Positions 63,267-64,000 of a DNA stretch of 64,000 bases are shown here, in pieces. Within the stretch, counting starts at the first letter, position 1. Each line of letters starts with the position of its first letter. The notes beneath the pieces are model-generated. The model was not told the origin of the DNA, did no database searches, and saw only the letters and a list, made by a program, of their open reading frames with translations. A program made the translations under genes and the position numbers. The stretch is from Chiloscyllium plagiosum (lineage: Eukaryota), in assembly GCF_004010195.1 (NCBI RefSeq), contig NC_057751.1, positions 4,142,961 to 4,206,960 of the forward strand, given 5' to 3'.

Positions 63267-64000
63267 CTGCATGTAAGCGTGGTTGGTTGGCATGAAGGTC
63301 TCATCCAGAGGTGAGGGGCACTCTCCCCCACACCTATAGGCGTTGAAGGATTTGGGGTGTATGACCCAGCCCCCCCAGCCAATCCGGTCAAAGTTCACCT
63401 CCATGTCCATCCGTCGACACAGCGATTGGTCTCTCAGTGATGTGCTGTTTCCCATGTTCAGCCTCTCCTTCCGGTTCCTCTTCTGCCTCTTGGCGTTACC
63501 CAGCTCACCAGCCCGTTGGAACTTGGAGCGCTCCACAGTCCTGAGGAGTGTGGACGGGATTCCACCCACCTCTGCCCTGCTCCTCTTGAAGAACACGACC
63601 ATCATGATCTGCTCGGATCTCCGATGGGGGGGCTTGGCACGGCTGCCCGCCCTTGCCAGTTTGGCCAACTTGCCCGGCAGGCACTGCTCAGGGCCCTGGC
63701 TTTGCCGGTGCTCTCCGGGAGGAAATCGGTGAACGTCCTGGATCCCGGGCTCCTCAGACCGGACTGGAGTGCCTTGGCTCAGCCATCTGTTCAGTAAACC
63801 AGTGAGGTCGAAGACCTGCCAACTGGAACTGGCGGTGGGAGGGTTTCCAGTGAAGGAGCCAAGGGGTGAGTAACTGTGGCAGGTCCTGTTGCCCTGGCAT
63901 TTGTAGCTGTGGATGTGGTTGATGAGGATGGTGGTGTTTGGACAGGCAGAGATAGGGTGCATTCGGATCCTGAGCTCTGCAAAATGCACAAAGTCATACT
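63267..64000 (-). CDS. NODAL: Nodal family TGF-beta ligand (Nodal2/nodal-related type), large coding exon, truncated by window edge
   Basis: Frame open to the window end. Prodomain motifs AELRI and [14 protein letters not shown], furin site RQKR (63477-63488), mature domain [52 protein letters not shown], then CAG|gtgaga donor at the intron position conserved in Nodal genes. Confidence 0.95.

Noticed and set aside
63977..63984. TTTTGCAG on the minus strand as a possible Nodal exon acceptor
   Set aside because: The frame stays open upstream ([11 protein letters not shown]) and cutting here would split the conserved AELR motif; the exon most likely starts beyond the window.

Overview
Vertebrate, almost certainly elasmobranch (shark-like), genomic DNA. 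The taxon is inferred from abundant HE1/V-SINEs, Deu-domain SINEs and CR1 LINEs. Three spliced genes can be reconstructed. (1) The last two coding exons of RHOBTB2 (+, 3617-3722, 6820-7013). (2) A complete three-exon EIF4EBP1 (+, 19396-19534, 35957-36130, 37624-37655; 114 aa) with a CpG-island promoter. (3) The last two coding exons of a Nodal gene (-, >64000-63267, 59804-59652), tail-to-tail with EIF4EBP1. Its C-X-X-C cysteine spacing and EIF4EBP1 linkage point to the Nodal2/nodal-related paralogue that mammals lack. The rest is mostly retroelement debris (CR1, Rex1/Babar, Tx1/L1, RTE-like, HE1 and Deu SINEs), with two N gaps. The main signals not shown by the ORF track are: (a) about ten minimal hammerhead-ribozyme cores (CTGANGA-N-stemII-GAAA-palindromic ACGT/AGCT-H) in at least three Penelope-like element families, one directly after a GIY-YIG ORF end; (b) several inverted Penelope copies whose fold-back point lies inside that hammerhead motif; (c) a diverged ~295-bp duplication in EIF4EBP1 intron 1 with a codon-like substitution pattern and no recognisable family. 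No CRISPR array, rRNA, genuine tRNA gene or prokaryotic system is evident. All calls are by eye, without database searches.
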